From IMG/VR virus record IMGVR_UViG_3300027969_000050, positions 64,001-128,000 of that record: a stretch of 64,000 bases of DNA; one strand, given 5' to 3'. Below the pieces are notes generated by a model that ran no database searches, was not told where the DNA came from, and worked only from the letters and a program-made list of their open reading frames with translations. Numbering within the stretch: position 1 is the stretch's first letter; each line of letters starts with the position of its first letter. Source of the stretch: a virus. Made by a program: the position numbers and the translations under genes. Shown in pieces: positions 54,647 through 64,000 of the stretch.

Positions 54647-55221
54647 AAATCGCACTAATCGGGGCGCCGGGATCCGGCAAAACCCAACTAGCCAAAGAAA
54701 TTGCAAAAGAGCTAGACCTCAAAATTGTTGATGGCTATGCGGAAGCGTGGAGCGAGCGAACCGGCCTTACAGTCGGCTTCACGGGAGGCTACACGCATTC
54801 GCTAGGCGTAGCCCTTGAACGAATCTTTAAAGAGCGCGAGCTAGAGGACGACTTTGTAACCTGCGGATCAACTCTAGATAGCTTGCTCTACATGGCTCTG
54901 ATGTCGCTCAGCAACCCTAACAATGTTGAGTTCATTCGTGCGAAGTCCTACATGGAAGTTCTCTCAATGCTTTTCTATGACTTCTGGGGATACGATCACG
55001 TTTTCTTTTGCAGGCTATACGCGGAAGAGCCAGATGGAACTACAGAGAAGAACGCCAAAGAGCTGCTTAGTGGTTTTGAACTAAGCGGGGCAATTAAGTA
55101 TGACTCTGAGGTCGAGGCCACACTGAAGTCATTCTTTAACGTGAAATACACGGAACTTCCAAAGGACGAGCGACTCAAGTTCGTAATGGAGACGATCAAT
55201 GATGCAAGTCAAGACAAGTAG
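54643..55221 (+). CDS. P-loop NMP-kinase-like protein
   Basis: IALIGAPGSGKT. Confidence 0.7.
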   Translation: MKIALIGAPGSGKTQLAKEIAKELDLKIVDGYAEAWSERTGLTVGFTGGYTHSLGVALERIFKERELEDDFVTCGSTLDSLLYMALMSLSNPNNVEFIRAKSYMEVLSMLFYDFWGYDHVFFCRLYAEEPDGTTEKNAKELLSGFELSGAIKYDSEVEATLKSFFNVKYTELPKDERLKFVMETINDASQDK

Positions 55222-56023
55222 TCTGCGAAGGCTTTCAGACGTCGAATACGCCGAGGTCGAAGCCAAGGCAAGAATGTCCGGTGTTGGACTGAATAAATGC
55301 CCGACCTGCAAATCCACTGAAATTGAGATAGAGCCGGGAATCGCGGTATGGCCAGACGAATGTACCTATCGTTACAAAGGCCAAGTTTTCCAGTGCGATT
55401 GTAAAAATCAGATGGCGCTGCGTCGTCAATACCTTCTAGCGGGAATCCCAGACCAGTACATGCGACTCGATTGGGGCGACTTTGTCGGATCCCAAGAGAC
55501 TAGAGACGCGGTTAACTCATACATCTCTAACTGGGAGACGCTCAAAGACAACGGTCTTGGAATTGAGTTCGGGGGCAAGGGTCTTGGCATCGGGAAGACG
55601 TTCTGCGCCACTCACATCGGTAAGGAAATAATCAAGCAGGGCCAGAGGGTCCTCTTTATTCCCTTTGTTGAGATGATTAGCGCGTTTAATAAGCCGAACG
55701 CAGATGAGCTTGAGAACCGCCTAAGGGAGACCACGTTCCTTGTTTTGGACGAAATTATCCCTCCGGTATCGGAGAAGCAAGGCAATTTGTTCTCAACTCG
55801 TTATGAAGCAATTATCAGACACCGAACAAATTACAATCTGCCGACGATCATCACGACAAACCTGACCGAGGCTGACCTGTATGATAATTACTCGAGGACA
55901 TACTCTCTACTAGCAGCAAAACAGATTCGTATTGACATGGGCGGGAAAGATGCTAGGGTCAGCCGACTGGGAAATGAGAATTTCGAAATGGCGCTAAATG
56001 GAGAGGTCCGGCCACTAACTTGA
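55199..56023 (+). CDS. DnaC/IstB-like helicase loader ATPase
   Basis: CPTC...CDC, GLGIGKT, LVLDEI, PTIITTN. Confidence 0.85.
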   Translation: MMQVKTSSLRRLSDVEYAEVEAKARMSGVGLNKCPTCKSTEIEIEPGIAVWPDECTYRYKGQVFQCDCKNQMALRRQYLLAGIPDQYMRLDWGDFVGSQETRDAVNSYISNWETLKDNGLGIEFGGKGLGIGKTFCATHIGKEIIKQGQRVLFIPFVEMISAFNKPNADELENRLRETTFLVLDEIIPPVSEKQGNLFSTRYEAIIRHRTNYNLPTIITTNLTEADLYDNYSRTYSLLAAKQIRIDMGGKDARVSRLGNENFEMALNGEVRPLT

Positions 56024-57267
56024 TGACCGAGAAAACGTACAATCTTGATCTAGACGCAGAGTTCATCAACCACCTTGCGGTTCAAAAGTCCGTTGAGGAC
56101 ATTCAGGGCGAGCAGATTTCTAACAGGCTGCTGGTAGATAAAACCGCTCAAGATATATTCCTATGGCAGCTTGATCACATCAAGCAACACGGAGAGCCTG
56201 CTTCTGGCGCGGTCCTTCAAGACCAGTTCCCTAGGTGGAACTTTGAGGCTCCACAAAGCGCGGTAAAGGATCTGATTGACCGTCTTCGTGAACGCTTTGT
56301 AAGGAACGCCGGTCGAGAGTCCGTGAAGCGGATTGCTGATATGACGGTTGTTGAGCCTCTAGAAATGGCAAAGGCCATGATCGAGGAAGGAAGGAACCTA
56401 GCCGAGCTTACGACTCGACGAGGCGAAGTAATGGGAACCGGCGATTTCGGAAGGGCAATGTCGGCCTATGATCGCCGTGTACTTGAAGGCAAAGGCCCAA
56501 GCCTAGGATTTGACGAGCTGGACCAGCACTTCTTCGGAATGCGCGGCGTGACCTTCCTTATGGCGGCGCCAAAGACCTATAAGTCATGGTTCACGATCAA
56601 CGCCGTTGCCAAAAACATTGCTGGCGGGGGCAACCCCTACCTTTACTCGCTAGAACTTCCAGCGGAAGAGTCGGACATGCGCCTTCGCTGTATGGCAGCA
56701 AACGTTCCCTATTGGAAGTACCTGCACAGCAAGCTAGACAATGACGACCGCAAAAAGATTCGTCAGGCTTCTGAGATTATGGACGAAAACGGCTCCTACC
56801 GAGTAGAGAAGCCTCAAGTTGGAGAGCGCAGTGTTACCCGTATGGTTGAGCGAGCAATCAACTCCGGGGCAAGCTCAATTTTTATTGACCAGCTCCAATA
56901 CGTCGAATCATCGGGCGGAGACTCGCTTGGCGCATTGAACAACACTGGAGATTATTTCAACGTCGTCAACGAGCTGCGAAACTACTCCGACACAATTCCG
57001 ATCTTGGTTGTTCACCAGTTTAACCGTTCGGTTATGAGTTCTAAGGAAATGCCAGAAATGCAGCAGGGCAAAGGATCCTCCGCAATTGAAGAGGTCGCCA
57101 CGCTCGCCCTTGGCCTCTGGGCCAACAAAGAAATGCGGGCAAACAACATTGTCCAGTTAGGAACACTGGCCTCAAGAAATTATTCTTATAAAGCTTGGGA
57201 CATTGACGTTGAGCTGTCTCGCGGAACCTCGTTCACGATGATTGGCGAAACGCAAGACGAAGAATGA
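56020..57267 (+). CDS. dnaB: DnaB-like replicative helicase
   Basis: AAPKTYKS, SLE, IFIDQLQ, HQFNR, S.AIEE. Confidence 0.85.
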   Translation: MMTEKTYNLDLDAEFINHLAVQKSVEDIQGEQISNRLLVDKTAQDIFLWQLDHIKQHGEPASGAVLQDQFPRWNFEAPQSAVKDLIDRLRERFVRNAGRESVKRIADMTVVEPLEMAKAMIEEGRNLAELTTRRGEVMGTGDFGRAMSAYDRRVLEGKGPSLGFDELDQHFFGMRGVTFLMAAPKTYKSWFTINAVAKNIAGGGNPYLYSLELPAEESDMRLRCMAANVPYWKYLHSKLDNDDRKKIRQASEIMDENGSYRVEKPQVGERSVTRMVERAINSGASSIFIDQLQYVESSGGDSLGALNNTGDYFNVVNELRNYSDTIPILVVHQFNRSVMSSKEMPEMQQGKGSSAIEEVATLALGLWANKEMRANNIVQLGTLASRNYSYKAWDIDVELSRGTSFTMIGETQDEE

Positions 57268-58262
57268 AATACTCAGAATTTGTCCACGACATCGACGTTG
57301 AGGCAGTTGAAGAGGAACTTGGCTTAGAGGCTATTGACGTCAAAAAGTCAGAGTCCCGACACTACTGTCCGTTGCCCAATGGCAATCACAACAACGGCGA
57401 CACAAGTGGAAAGTTCTACATTAATCGCGATATGCGGGTTTATAACTGCTGGGTTTGCGGAGGCGGAAACCTAGTCAGTTTGGTCTGCGAGATGAAAGAT
57501 ATCTCGCCAGAAGATGCGATTGAGTGGCTTTGGGGTTTCACCCGCCCAAAAAATCAGTCCACGGAGCAATTCAAAGACGAGATCATGGACATTCTGTCCG
57601 AAGACGATCATCAGGAAGACGTTCTTCCTCATTACTCCGAAAGAGTTCTTGCCAAGTACAAAGACAACCACCATTCGTGGTTTGAAGAACGGCACATCTC
57701 AGATTCGGTCAAAGAGCGATATGGGGTCTGTTTTGCACCAGACGCAAAACGATACGGACCCGACCAAATAACCTATGAAGGACCATCAATAATTATTCCT
57801 CATTTTTGGCAGGGGCGGCTCGTTGGATGGCAGAACAGATGGTTGTCGTCCACTCGACCCAAATGGGTTCCTAAATACACCAACACGCCAGACCTGCCAA
57901 AGAAACACACGTTGTTTGGATGGGATCAGGTCAAGGACGAGCAGGAGGTTCCTCTTATTATTGTGGAGTCAGCCCCGACAGTGCTTTTCCTAGCCAGCCA
58001 AGGACTGCCAGCGGTCGCAACCTTTGGAGCAAGCGTTAGCGAAGAGCAGATTGCGTACTTGAGGCGATTCCAGAGCGGAATTATTATCGCTCCAGATAAT
58101 GACGCTGCTGGGGCGCATTGTGCGTATGAACTTAGCTCAAGGCTAGATAAATTTATTCCTGTGATGCAGCTTCCTCCAGTCACTGGCGGCGAGGGATCCG
58201 ATCTTGGAGACTTAGAACCAAGTCAGCTAAAAGACTTCTTTCAGCAGGTTTATCTCGTATAA
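57264..58262 (+). CDS. dnaG: DNA primase (Zn finger and TOPRIM)
   Basis: CP...H...D...CWVC; KY.N; IIVES; APDND.AG. Confidence 0.88.
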   Translation: MKYSEFVHDIDVEAVEEELGLEAIDVKKSESRHYCPLPNGNHNNGDTSGKFYINRDMRVYNCWVCGGGNLVSLVCEMKDISPEDAIEWLWGFTRPKNQSTEQFKDEIMDILSEDDHQEDVLPHYSERVLAKYKDNHHSWFEERHISDSVKERYGVCFAPDAKRYGPDQITYEGPSIIIPHFWQGRLVGWQNRWLSSTRPKWVPKYTNTPDLPKKHTLFGWDQVKDEQEVPLIIVESAPTVLFLASQGLPAVATFGASVSEEQIAYLRRFQSGIIIAPDNDAAGAHCAYELSSRLDKFIPVMQLPPVTGGEGSDLGDLEPSQLKDFFQQVYLV

Positions 58263-58278
58263 CCCGCACTTAATTGAT

Positions 58279-58437
58279 ATGGGATTCAAGAAATTCAACA
58301 GGTCCGAAAAGACTTCAGTCCTTCCTCAAGAAGAACTCAGTGAGATCGAAAAAACGCTCGCTCGCACCGGGAAGGCCTCAGTCGCAGACCTATCTGAAAA
58401 AGAACGAAAAGAATTATCTAAAAAGCTTGACAGATAG
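58279..58437 (+). CDS. Small basic leaderless protein (52 aa)
   Basis: MGFKKFNRSEKTSVLPQEEL...SKKLDR, preceded by TTAATTGAT. Confidence 0.55.
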   Translation: MGFKKFNRSEKTSVLPQEELSEIEKTLARTGKASVADLSEKERKELSKKLDR

Positions 58438-58455
58438 TTTTTCGTCCGGTAGTTT
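58427..58455 (+). promoter_or_regulatory. SigA-type promoter for the ssb operon
   Basis: TTGACA-17 nt-TAGTTT. Confidence 0.6.
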
Positions 58456-58462
58456 GTTGTAG

Positions 58463-58505
58463 AGCCTCAAAGAGGCTAATTAAAGATACAGCCTCAAAGA
58501 GGCTA
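58463..58505 (+). repeat. Tandem pair of identical hairpins in the ssb leader
   Basis: AGCCTCAAAGAGGCTA at 58463-58478 and 58490-58505. Confidence 0.85.
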
Positions 58506-58522
58506 CAAGACAAGGAGAAAAG

Positions 58523-59488
58523 ATGCCCCAGTTCCAACGCGGTGTGACTGCTATTCAGCAGTCGATGAATACCGGAGGGTCAGGCTTTAAGCCATTCGCT
58601 CCGGACATTAGTTGGCGGGAAGACGGCGAGTCGAAGTTCATTCAGATTATCTCGCCAGCAGAAGATATTCCAATGGTCTCGCTTCACGACTGGATTCCTG
58701 TAGGGACCCACAAGAGCGGCAAGACCAAGTACGAGGCGTTCATGTCTCGCAAGGATGCTGGAATTGGCGAGAACTACGATGATCTTGAGGATCGTCTTGG
58801 GTCGAAGCCTCGTATCCGTGGAATCGGCGTAGCAGTTGAGCTAGAGCCAGTTCTGGAAACCGTTAAGAACCGTCAGCGGCCCGTTGGGTTTACCGTTAAG
58901 CTGGAGACCTACAACCGCAAGAACGCAGAGGGCGTAGAGGAAACCGTAACGGCTCCTCGTGTTGGTCTGATTACTCAGTCCTCGCATCTGTTCTGGGGCT
59001 GGGTTGCCAGCTTTGAAGAGAACAACGCTCCAATCGTCGAGACGCCTTTGCAGGTAACTCGTCGTGGTAAGTCAACGAACACTCGTTATGACTTTATTGC
59101 GTTCGAAGAGAAGCCAGTTGACTTCTCGGCGCTTCTCGACAACATCGATGGTATTTCATATCTAAATGGGATGCGCGATGAAGTCAAGACAAGCATCGCA
59201 TCGGCTGAAAGTGATCTTGACAGCGCGATCATTGTCGGACGTGCAATTCTCGAGCATCGTCTTGAGGAGCTTGGCGATTGGGACCGTTACAAGGAGCTTA
59301 TTACTCCAATTCAGGAGCTTAACCTCCGTTTCGGTGGCACTACGCCAACCAAGACAGCAGCGCCAGTGGCGGCTGTTACACCGCCGTCAGCAGAGGTAGA
59401 GGCTGCCTCGCAGCCGGACTCAGCAGCAAGCGCAACAAAGCTTGACGCTTTCCGCAAGCTTCAAGAGCGTTTGGATACTGACGAGTAA
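58523..59488 (+). CDS. Putative single-stranded DNA-binding protein
   Basis: Replication context; V.R.GK..NT.Y.F motif; Ala-rich linker and acidic end. Confidence 0.6.
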   Translation: MPQFQRGVTAIQQSMNTGGSGFKPFAPDISWREDGESKFIQIISPAEDIPMVSLHDWIPVGTHKSGKTKYEAFMSRKDAGIGENYDDLEDRLGSKPRIRGIGVAVELEPVLETVKNRQRPVGFTVKLETYNRKNAEGVEETVTAPRVGLITQSSHLFWGWVASFEENNAPIVETPLQVTRRGKSTNTRYDFIAFEEKPVDFSALLDNIDGISYLNGMRDEVKTSIASAESDLDSAIIVGRAILEHRLEELGDWDRYKELITPIQELNLRFGGTTPTKTAAPVAAVTPPSAEVEAASQPDSAASATKLDAFRKLQERLDTDE

Positions 59489-59758
59489 ATGAATTCGCTT
59501 ACGCCGGAATCCGTTGACTTCGCGTGTGATCGTATCGGAGCTTTTTCGATAATCAATGAGAGCCGACCACTAAATGACAAGGTTGAGTCAATTAGCGTCC
59601 TTTTAGAGGGACTAGGTATCACTGATGATGTGAAGGAACGCATCAACGAAAGACTGAACGATCTGATCACCGATGGAGCGCGGGTTCCGGCGCAGGGCGC
59701 AGTTATGTTTGGCATTCTTGTTGGTCTGTGGATGTCCGAATATGCCAACGATGCTTGA
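59489..59758 (+). CDS. Hypothetical protein
   Basis: Abuts ssb. Confidence 0.6.
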   Translation: MNSLTPESVDFACDRIGAFSIINESRPLNDKVESISVLLEGLGITDDVKERINERLNDLITDGARVPAQGAVMFGILVGLWMSEYANDA

Positions 59759-60653
59759 TCCCTCAGAGGGGGTCGCAATATTTTCTGATGGGAGCTGCAA
59801 CACCAAGGACCGGGTTGGCGGTTGGGCTTGGGTCGCTCTAGACGCCTTTGATGGTATTGAGTGTGGTTCTGGAAGGGTTGAAGACTGCACGAACAACCAG
59901 ATGGAGCTAAAAGCCGTAAGCGAAGGGTTGAAATATTTACATGACCGCTACGGCAGCAGCATTGTCATGATCAATTCTGATAGCAAGTATGTCATTGACA
60001 ACGCTGTCGATAAGTCCAGAAATCGCAAAGTAAATTTGGATTATTGGAAGACCTTAGATGAGGCCGAGGCTCTACACGAGCATCTGGCTTATGTTCATGT
60101 CAAAGGACATAGTGACAACTTATACAATGAATTTGCTGACCATTTGGCTAACATGGCTAGGAACGGATCACCAGCGAAAGCAGCCACAAACACTCCGGCG
60201 CAAGCGGCTACCGTTATGGAATGTCCGACCTGTAAAGGCAGTGGTCACGTTGACCCCAAAGAGCTAGTTAGAAAACTAAACAAAAAATCAGGTGCGGTTG
60301 GCGGATCTCATCCCAAAACTGCGAAAAACGCAGCGACGGCAAACATTCCTAGATTTGGTACACAGCGCTGGAAAATTCTGAACGCCCTTGCAAGCTCAGT
60401 TGACGGATTGACAGCGGCTCAGGTTGAAATTCAAATTAAGCAAGCTGGTGTTTGGAATCGAAACGTAGCGGCAACACGTCTTGGCGAATGTCGAGAGATG
60501 GGCTTGGTGACAGCTAAGTTAGACGCAAAGGGCGAGTATGTAACGCGCAGTACCGGTGGTGACAACCGAGGTGTCGTTCAATACATTACGGACGCTGGTA
60601 GGATGGCGTTGAAAAGTGCCGCTGCCGCCCCCTCCAATAAGGTTACAACATGA
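59742..60653 (+). CDS. rnhA: RNase HI fused to Zn finger and winged-helix domain
   Basis: FSDGS, TNNQMEL, SDSKY, HVKGH, NE.AD.LA; CPTC.G.G; RL.E....GLV. Confidence 0.85.
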   Translation: MPTMLDPSEGVAIFSDGSCNTKDRVGGWAWVALDAFDGIECGSGRVEDCTNNQMELKAVSEGLKYLHDRYGSSIVMINSDSKYVIDNAVDKSRNRKVNLDYWKTLDEAEALHEHLAYVHVKGHSDNLYNEFADHLANMARNGSPAKAATNTPAQAATVMECPTCKGSGHVDPKELVRKLNKKSGAVGGSHPKTAKNAATANIPRFGTQRWKILNALASSVDGLTAAQVEIQIKQAGVWNRNVAATRLGECREMGLVTAKLDAKGEYVTRSTGGDNRGVVQYITDAGRMALKSAAAAPSNKVTT

Positions 60654-63600
60654 ACTTTGCCCCAATTCACAACCACACTGAGTATTCCGCACTTGATGGT
60701 CTTGCGTCTTGTAGAGAAATAGCCGAACGGTGTACACAAATTGGTTGCTCTTGCTGCGGTATCTCTGATCATGGAACCGTTGCCGGACACCTAGAGTTCG
60801 CAAAGGTGATGCAGGAATACAAGATCAAGCCGATCTTTGCCTGTGAGCTTTACCACGGAACCAAGACCACCTTCGCTCGCAATGAGCGAGATCAGGCACA
60901 TTTAGTTGCGGGTGCCTTGGACAACGAGGGTCTTCGCAATCTATGGCGCCTAGTCGATTCAGCGGCAACAAACTTTCGTTTTGTAAGCCGTGTCAACTGG
61001 GACCTGCTCAAGCAGTATTCCGATGGGCTTTTTGCCACTAGCGCTTGTATTCAGGGACTTGTGCAGCAGGGCATCAAGAACGGCGATCCGTATGACGCCT
61101 TGAATCGATACCTAGAGATCTACAGGGACAATTTCTATATCGAACTCCACACCTACCCGATGGAGGACCAGAAGGACTACAACTTTGCCCTAGTGCAAAT
61201 CGCCCAAGAGCGTGGGATCCCAATGATCTACGCGACTGACGCCCACTTCGCCTTTCCTGAGCAGTACGAGACTCATGACGCCTATGTGGCAATGCAGACC
61301 GGCCAGACCCTTAATACTCCAATTGATGAACGCAAGATGTGGCACCCCAAGAGCCTTTACATTCAAGACGAGGCTCAGATCAGAGAGTCGCTGTCCTACC
61401 TTCCCGATAGCGCTGTTGATGAAGCCTTGACTAATAGCGGTGAGCTGGCCGACAGGTGTAACGCCATGCCTCCTGAGATCAAGCGTCATCTTCCTGTTTT
61501 CATTCCAAGCGAAAGTCCTTGGCTCGAGTCCAAAAAGACGGCTTCGCAGGTGTTCCTAGATCTCGTGTCTCAGGGCGTTGTTGAGCGATACGGCGAAGAC
61601 GCAAGCGATGAGGTCTGGGGAAGGGCGCTTCAAGAGGCAGAGGTTTTCATCGACGCCGGTCTTGAGCATTATTTCCTTCAGGCTTGGGACTTCTGTCAGT
61701 TCTGCGACGCGGAGGGAATTAAGCGGGGTCCGGGACGAGGATCCGCCGCTGGCGCATTGGTTTCTTACGCGCTTCGGATTACTGACGTGGATCCGATCAG
61801 ATACGGGCTGATCTTTGAGCGCTTCTACAACGCTGGGCGAGAAAAAGGCTTTCCCGACATTGATAACGACTTTCCCGTCAAGGACCGTAAGCGAGTTCGT
61901 GAATACTTGTCGGATCGCTGGGGAGAAAAGGCCGTGCGCCCCATTGGGACGATTACGCGCATGAAGCCGAAGGGCGCCTGCGACCGCACTTACAAGGTCT
62001 TTGGAATCGAGTTCCAAGAGAAGGAAGATCTCAAGAAAATTATTGACACGGTTCCCGACATCAACATTCTTGATCACAGGTCAGTCGGTTGGTCGAAAGA
62101 GTCCGACCCCGACAAAGAGGTCTACGTTATGAGCAGCGTCGGGTCCAAAATCGCAGATTGGATCGAAGGCAGTCCAAGCAATCGTCAAGGCACGCTGATT
62201 CGATGGGTCGAGGCTCTTGAAACGTTCACCAACCGAGTAGAAAATTACGGCGTTCATGCTTCCGGCGTCGTTGTGGCTGATTGTGACCTAGCCGCAGAGC
62301 TTCCATGCCGCCTCAGCGCAGGCACAGACGGGAAGATGAAGGTAACAATGTTCCCAATGAGCGACGTGGACGCCAGAATGTTCGTGAAGCAGGATCTCCT
62401 AGGACTAGCCAACCTAGACATCTTGGATATCTGGGAAAAGCAAAGTGGCATCGTTATCGAATGGTCTGGTCTTGAGCTATCAGAAGACATCGATGAGGAA
62501 ATGTGGAAGTTCTTAGAGAACGGACTGACGCTTGGTGTGTTCCAGATTGAGGACGGATACGGAAGGCAGCTCTGTAAAGAGTTCAAACCGCGCTCGGTAG
62601 AAGACCTAGGGGCGATTGTTGCCATTAACCGACCGGGACCGATCCGCGCAGGTGTTCCTGAGGCGTACAAGAAGCGTCTCTACGGCGAAGAGGAGGTCGA
62701 AGTAGACCATCCGATCCTAGACTCTATCTTGCAGCCCACATACGGACTATTTATTTATCAGGAGCAGGTCATGGCGTACTTCAACGCGCTTGGCTACTCG
62801 CTAGGTGAAACTGATGCGGTTCGAAAGATTCTTGGCAAGAAGCGCCCACAAGACCTTCAGGCTCTAAGCGACGGATCTGGGGACTGGACCGACAAGGGCT
62901 ACTACCAGATGGCCGAGGTGGCAGGGGTCGATAAAGAGGCCGCAGGGGCAATCTGGTCAAAGATTGAAGGGTTTGCGAAATATTCCTTCAACAAGTCGCA
63001 CGCCATTTCCTATGCCGTCCTCGCCTTCCGGACCCTGTACGCCAAATACACGTCACCAGCAGAATTTATTATTGCTGGTATCCGGGTGAACGAGAAGAAG
63101 CCAGACCGAGTTTCGAAGTTTGTCTCAGAGGCTCGTCGCATGGGGATCGATGTAATCGCCCCAGACATTCTGGAATCCGAAGTCGATATTTCTACAATCG
63201 ATGGTCGAGTGACCTTCGGCCTCGTGAACGTAAAGGGCGTCGGCAGTGGAACCGCAGAATATATCGTTGGCCTACGAAAATTCCACGATCTTTCTAGTCC
63301 TGATCTATTCAAGACAGCAATTGAAAAAGAAAAGGCGCTCTGGGAAGAGCGAAAGACAAAGGCCAAGGAAGACGGCGAGGTCTTCAATGAAAAGTCTCCG
63401 AACATGCGAGTCAAGAAAAATGTTATTGACGCAATGGAGAACGCAGGCGTCTGGGACAACTACGTCAACCGCAACCTCGCCCTTCCGGCGAAGCAGGCTT
63501 TTGAGAAAGAGTATCTAAATGTCATCCTCAGCGACGAGTGTGACGAAATCTTTGAACGTCACGCACATGTTGTATCTGAATGTAATAGTTATTCGGACTT

Positions 63601-63856
63601 GCATGATATGTTGGAAGATGATAGTCTTACTTTACCGGGCGTAATTACGTCAGTTGTACCTAAAAAGACTAAGAGGGACTCTTCAGCAATGGGAATTGTC
63701 ACAATTGAAATGGACAGCGACGAATTAGAGTTTGTCGTGTTCCCAAGGCAATGGAGCGCATATAAGTTCCTTTGGAAGGAACGAACCCCAGCAATCTTCA
63801 CCGTCAAAAATGGTGCGCGAGGATTTGTATTTGAGGAGGCTTTGAGACTTGTCTAA
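60650..63856 (+). CDS. dnaE: DNA polymerase III alpha subunit
   Basis: PHP HNHTEYS.LDG, GPGRGSAAG, PDIDNDF, HASG, RPGP, YQEQVM, FNKSHA. Confidence 0.95.
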   Translation: MNFAPIHNHTEYSALDGLASCREIAERCTQIGCSCCGISDHGTVAGHLEFAKVMQEYKIKPIFACELYHGTKTTFARNERDQAHLVAGALDNEGLRNLWRLVDSAATNFRFVSRVNWDLLKQYSDGLFATSACIQGLVQQGIKNGDPYDALNRYLEIYRDNFYIELHTYPMEDQKDYNFALVQIAQERGIPMIYATDAHFAFPEQYETHDAYVAMQTGQTLNTPIDERKMWHPKSLYIQDEAQIRESLSYLPDSAVDEALTNSGELADRCNAMPPEIKRHLPVFIPSESPWLESKKTASQVFLDLVSQGVVERYGEDASDEVWGRALQEAEVFIDAGLEHYFLQAWDFCQFCDAEGIKRGPGRGSAAGALVSYALRITDVDPIRYGLIFERFYNAGREKGFPDIDNDFPVKDRKRVREYLSDRWGEKAVRPIGTITRMKPKGACDRTYKVFGIEFQEKEDLKKIIDTVPDINILDHRSVGWSKESDPDKEVYVMSSVGSKIADWIEGSPSNRQGTLIRWVEALETFTNRVENYGVHASGVVVADCDLAAELPCRLSAGTDGKMKVTMFPMSDVDARMFVKQDLLGLANLDILDIWEKQSGIVIEWSGLELSEDIDEEMWKFLENGLTLGVFQIEDGYGRQLCKEFKPRSVEDLGAIVAINRPGPIRAGVPEAYKKRLYGEEEVEVDHPILDSILQPTYGLFIYQEQVMAYFNALGYSLGETDAVRKILGKKRPQDLQALSDGSGDWTDKGYYQMAEVAGVDKEAAGAIWSKIEGFAKYSFNKSHAISYAVLAFRTLYAKYTSPAEFIIAGIRVNEKKPDRVSKFVSEARRMGIDVIAPDILESEVDISTIDGRVTFGLVNVKGVGSGTAEYIVGLRKFHDLSSPDLFKTAIEKEKALWEERKTKAKEDGEVFNEKSPNMRVKKNVIDAMENAGVWDNYVNRNLALPAKQAFEKEYLNVILSDECDEIFERHAHVVSECNSYSDLHDMLEDDSLTLPGVITSVVPKKTKRDSSAMGIVTIEMDSDELEFVVFPRQWSAYKFLWKERTPAIFTVKNGARGFVFEEALRLV

Positions 63857-64000
63857 AAATCCGTTAGAAGAAGAAGTAAAGCGCCTAGAGCGCAAATTTG
63901 GATACAAAGCAGCGGCTTTGGGTTCAACAGAATTTCAGCTTGATGCCGTGCCAACGGGATCTCTTGCTTTGGACTACGCCCTTGGAACAGGTGGCTGGCC
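63849..64000 (+). CDS. recA: RecA-like recombinase (5' part only)
   Basis: Manual translation ends ...VPTGSLALDYALGTGGWP. Confidence 0.85.
   Translation, partial: MSKNPLEEEVKRLERKFGYKAAALGSTEFQLDAVPTGSLALDYALGTGGW

Larger units (their letters stand above)
1..64000. mobile_element. Segment of a large tailed dsDNA bacteriophage genome
   Basis: Terminase large subunit, portal, tail fibres, endolysin, tRNAs, RNR and DnaE/DnaB/primase; dense small ORFs; no cellular housekeeping operons. Confidence 0.96.

Noticed and set aside
58463-58505. Mini CRISPR array
   Set aside because: Only two 16-nt repeats with an 11-nt gap, and no cas genes
60650-63856. Inteins or introns in DnaE, DnaB or TerL
   Set aside because: Lengths are ordinary and no C/S...HN-C/S/T splice motifs were seen

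Overview
This 64-kb window is part of a large tailed dsDNA bacteriophage genome. The host is probably actinobacterial, judging from the NlpC/P60 type, Ku, tRNA-Leu(UAA) and frequent leaderless starts. (1) 1-6.7 kb: small leftward and rightward genes plus a multidomain GNAT/HTH protein. (2) About 6.95-17.6 kb: a GC-richer rightward 'early' block (MoxR AAA+ ATPase, VWA/metallopeptidase, Ku, a three-member Zn-finger paralog family). It carries 8 copies of an unusual promoter-like motif, TTCCGTCCGA-N9-TANNNT. (3) About 17.8-53.3 kb: a long leftward block with terminase, portal, head-associated proteins, tail fibres, endolysin, NlpC/P60, nucleotide-metabolism genes, three CCA-less tRNAs, an HNH gene overlapping tRNA-Leu, a ~350-nt structured non-coding interval and a frameshifted class II RNR. 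(4) 53.4-64 kb: a rightward replication block (helicase loader, DnaB, primase, SSB, RNase H, DnaE, RecA start). The most striking element is a 2157-aa polyprotein-like ORF. It has 12 modules of 100-210 aa, 11 of them diverged copies of one unrecognised His-containing domain. Each module ends in [FL]-[KHR]-F-G-[AS], and the last is followed by a complete CCA-adding/HD enzyme. The same domain and FKFG motif recur in a second multidomain protein 11 kb away, and the same operon holds a papain-like domain and two more nucleotidyltransferase folds. My hypothesis is a virion-packaged, proteolytically processed effector-cassette system that includes tRNA repair. All family assignments are from motif recognition; no database searches were run.
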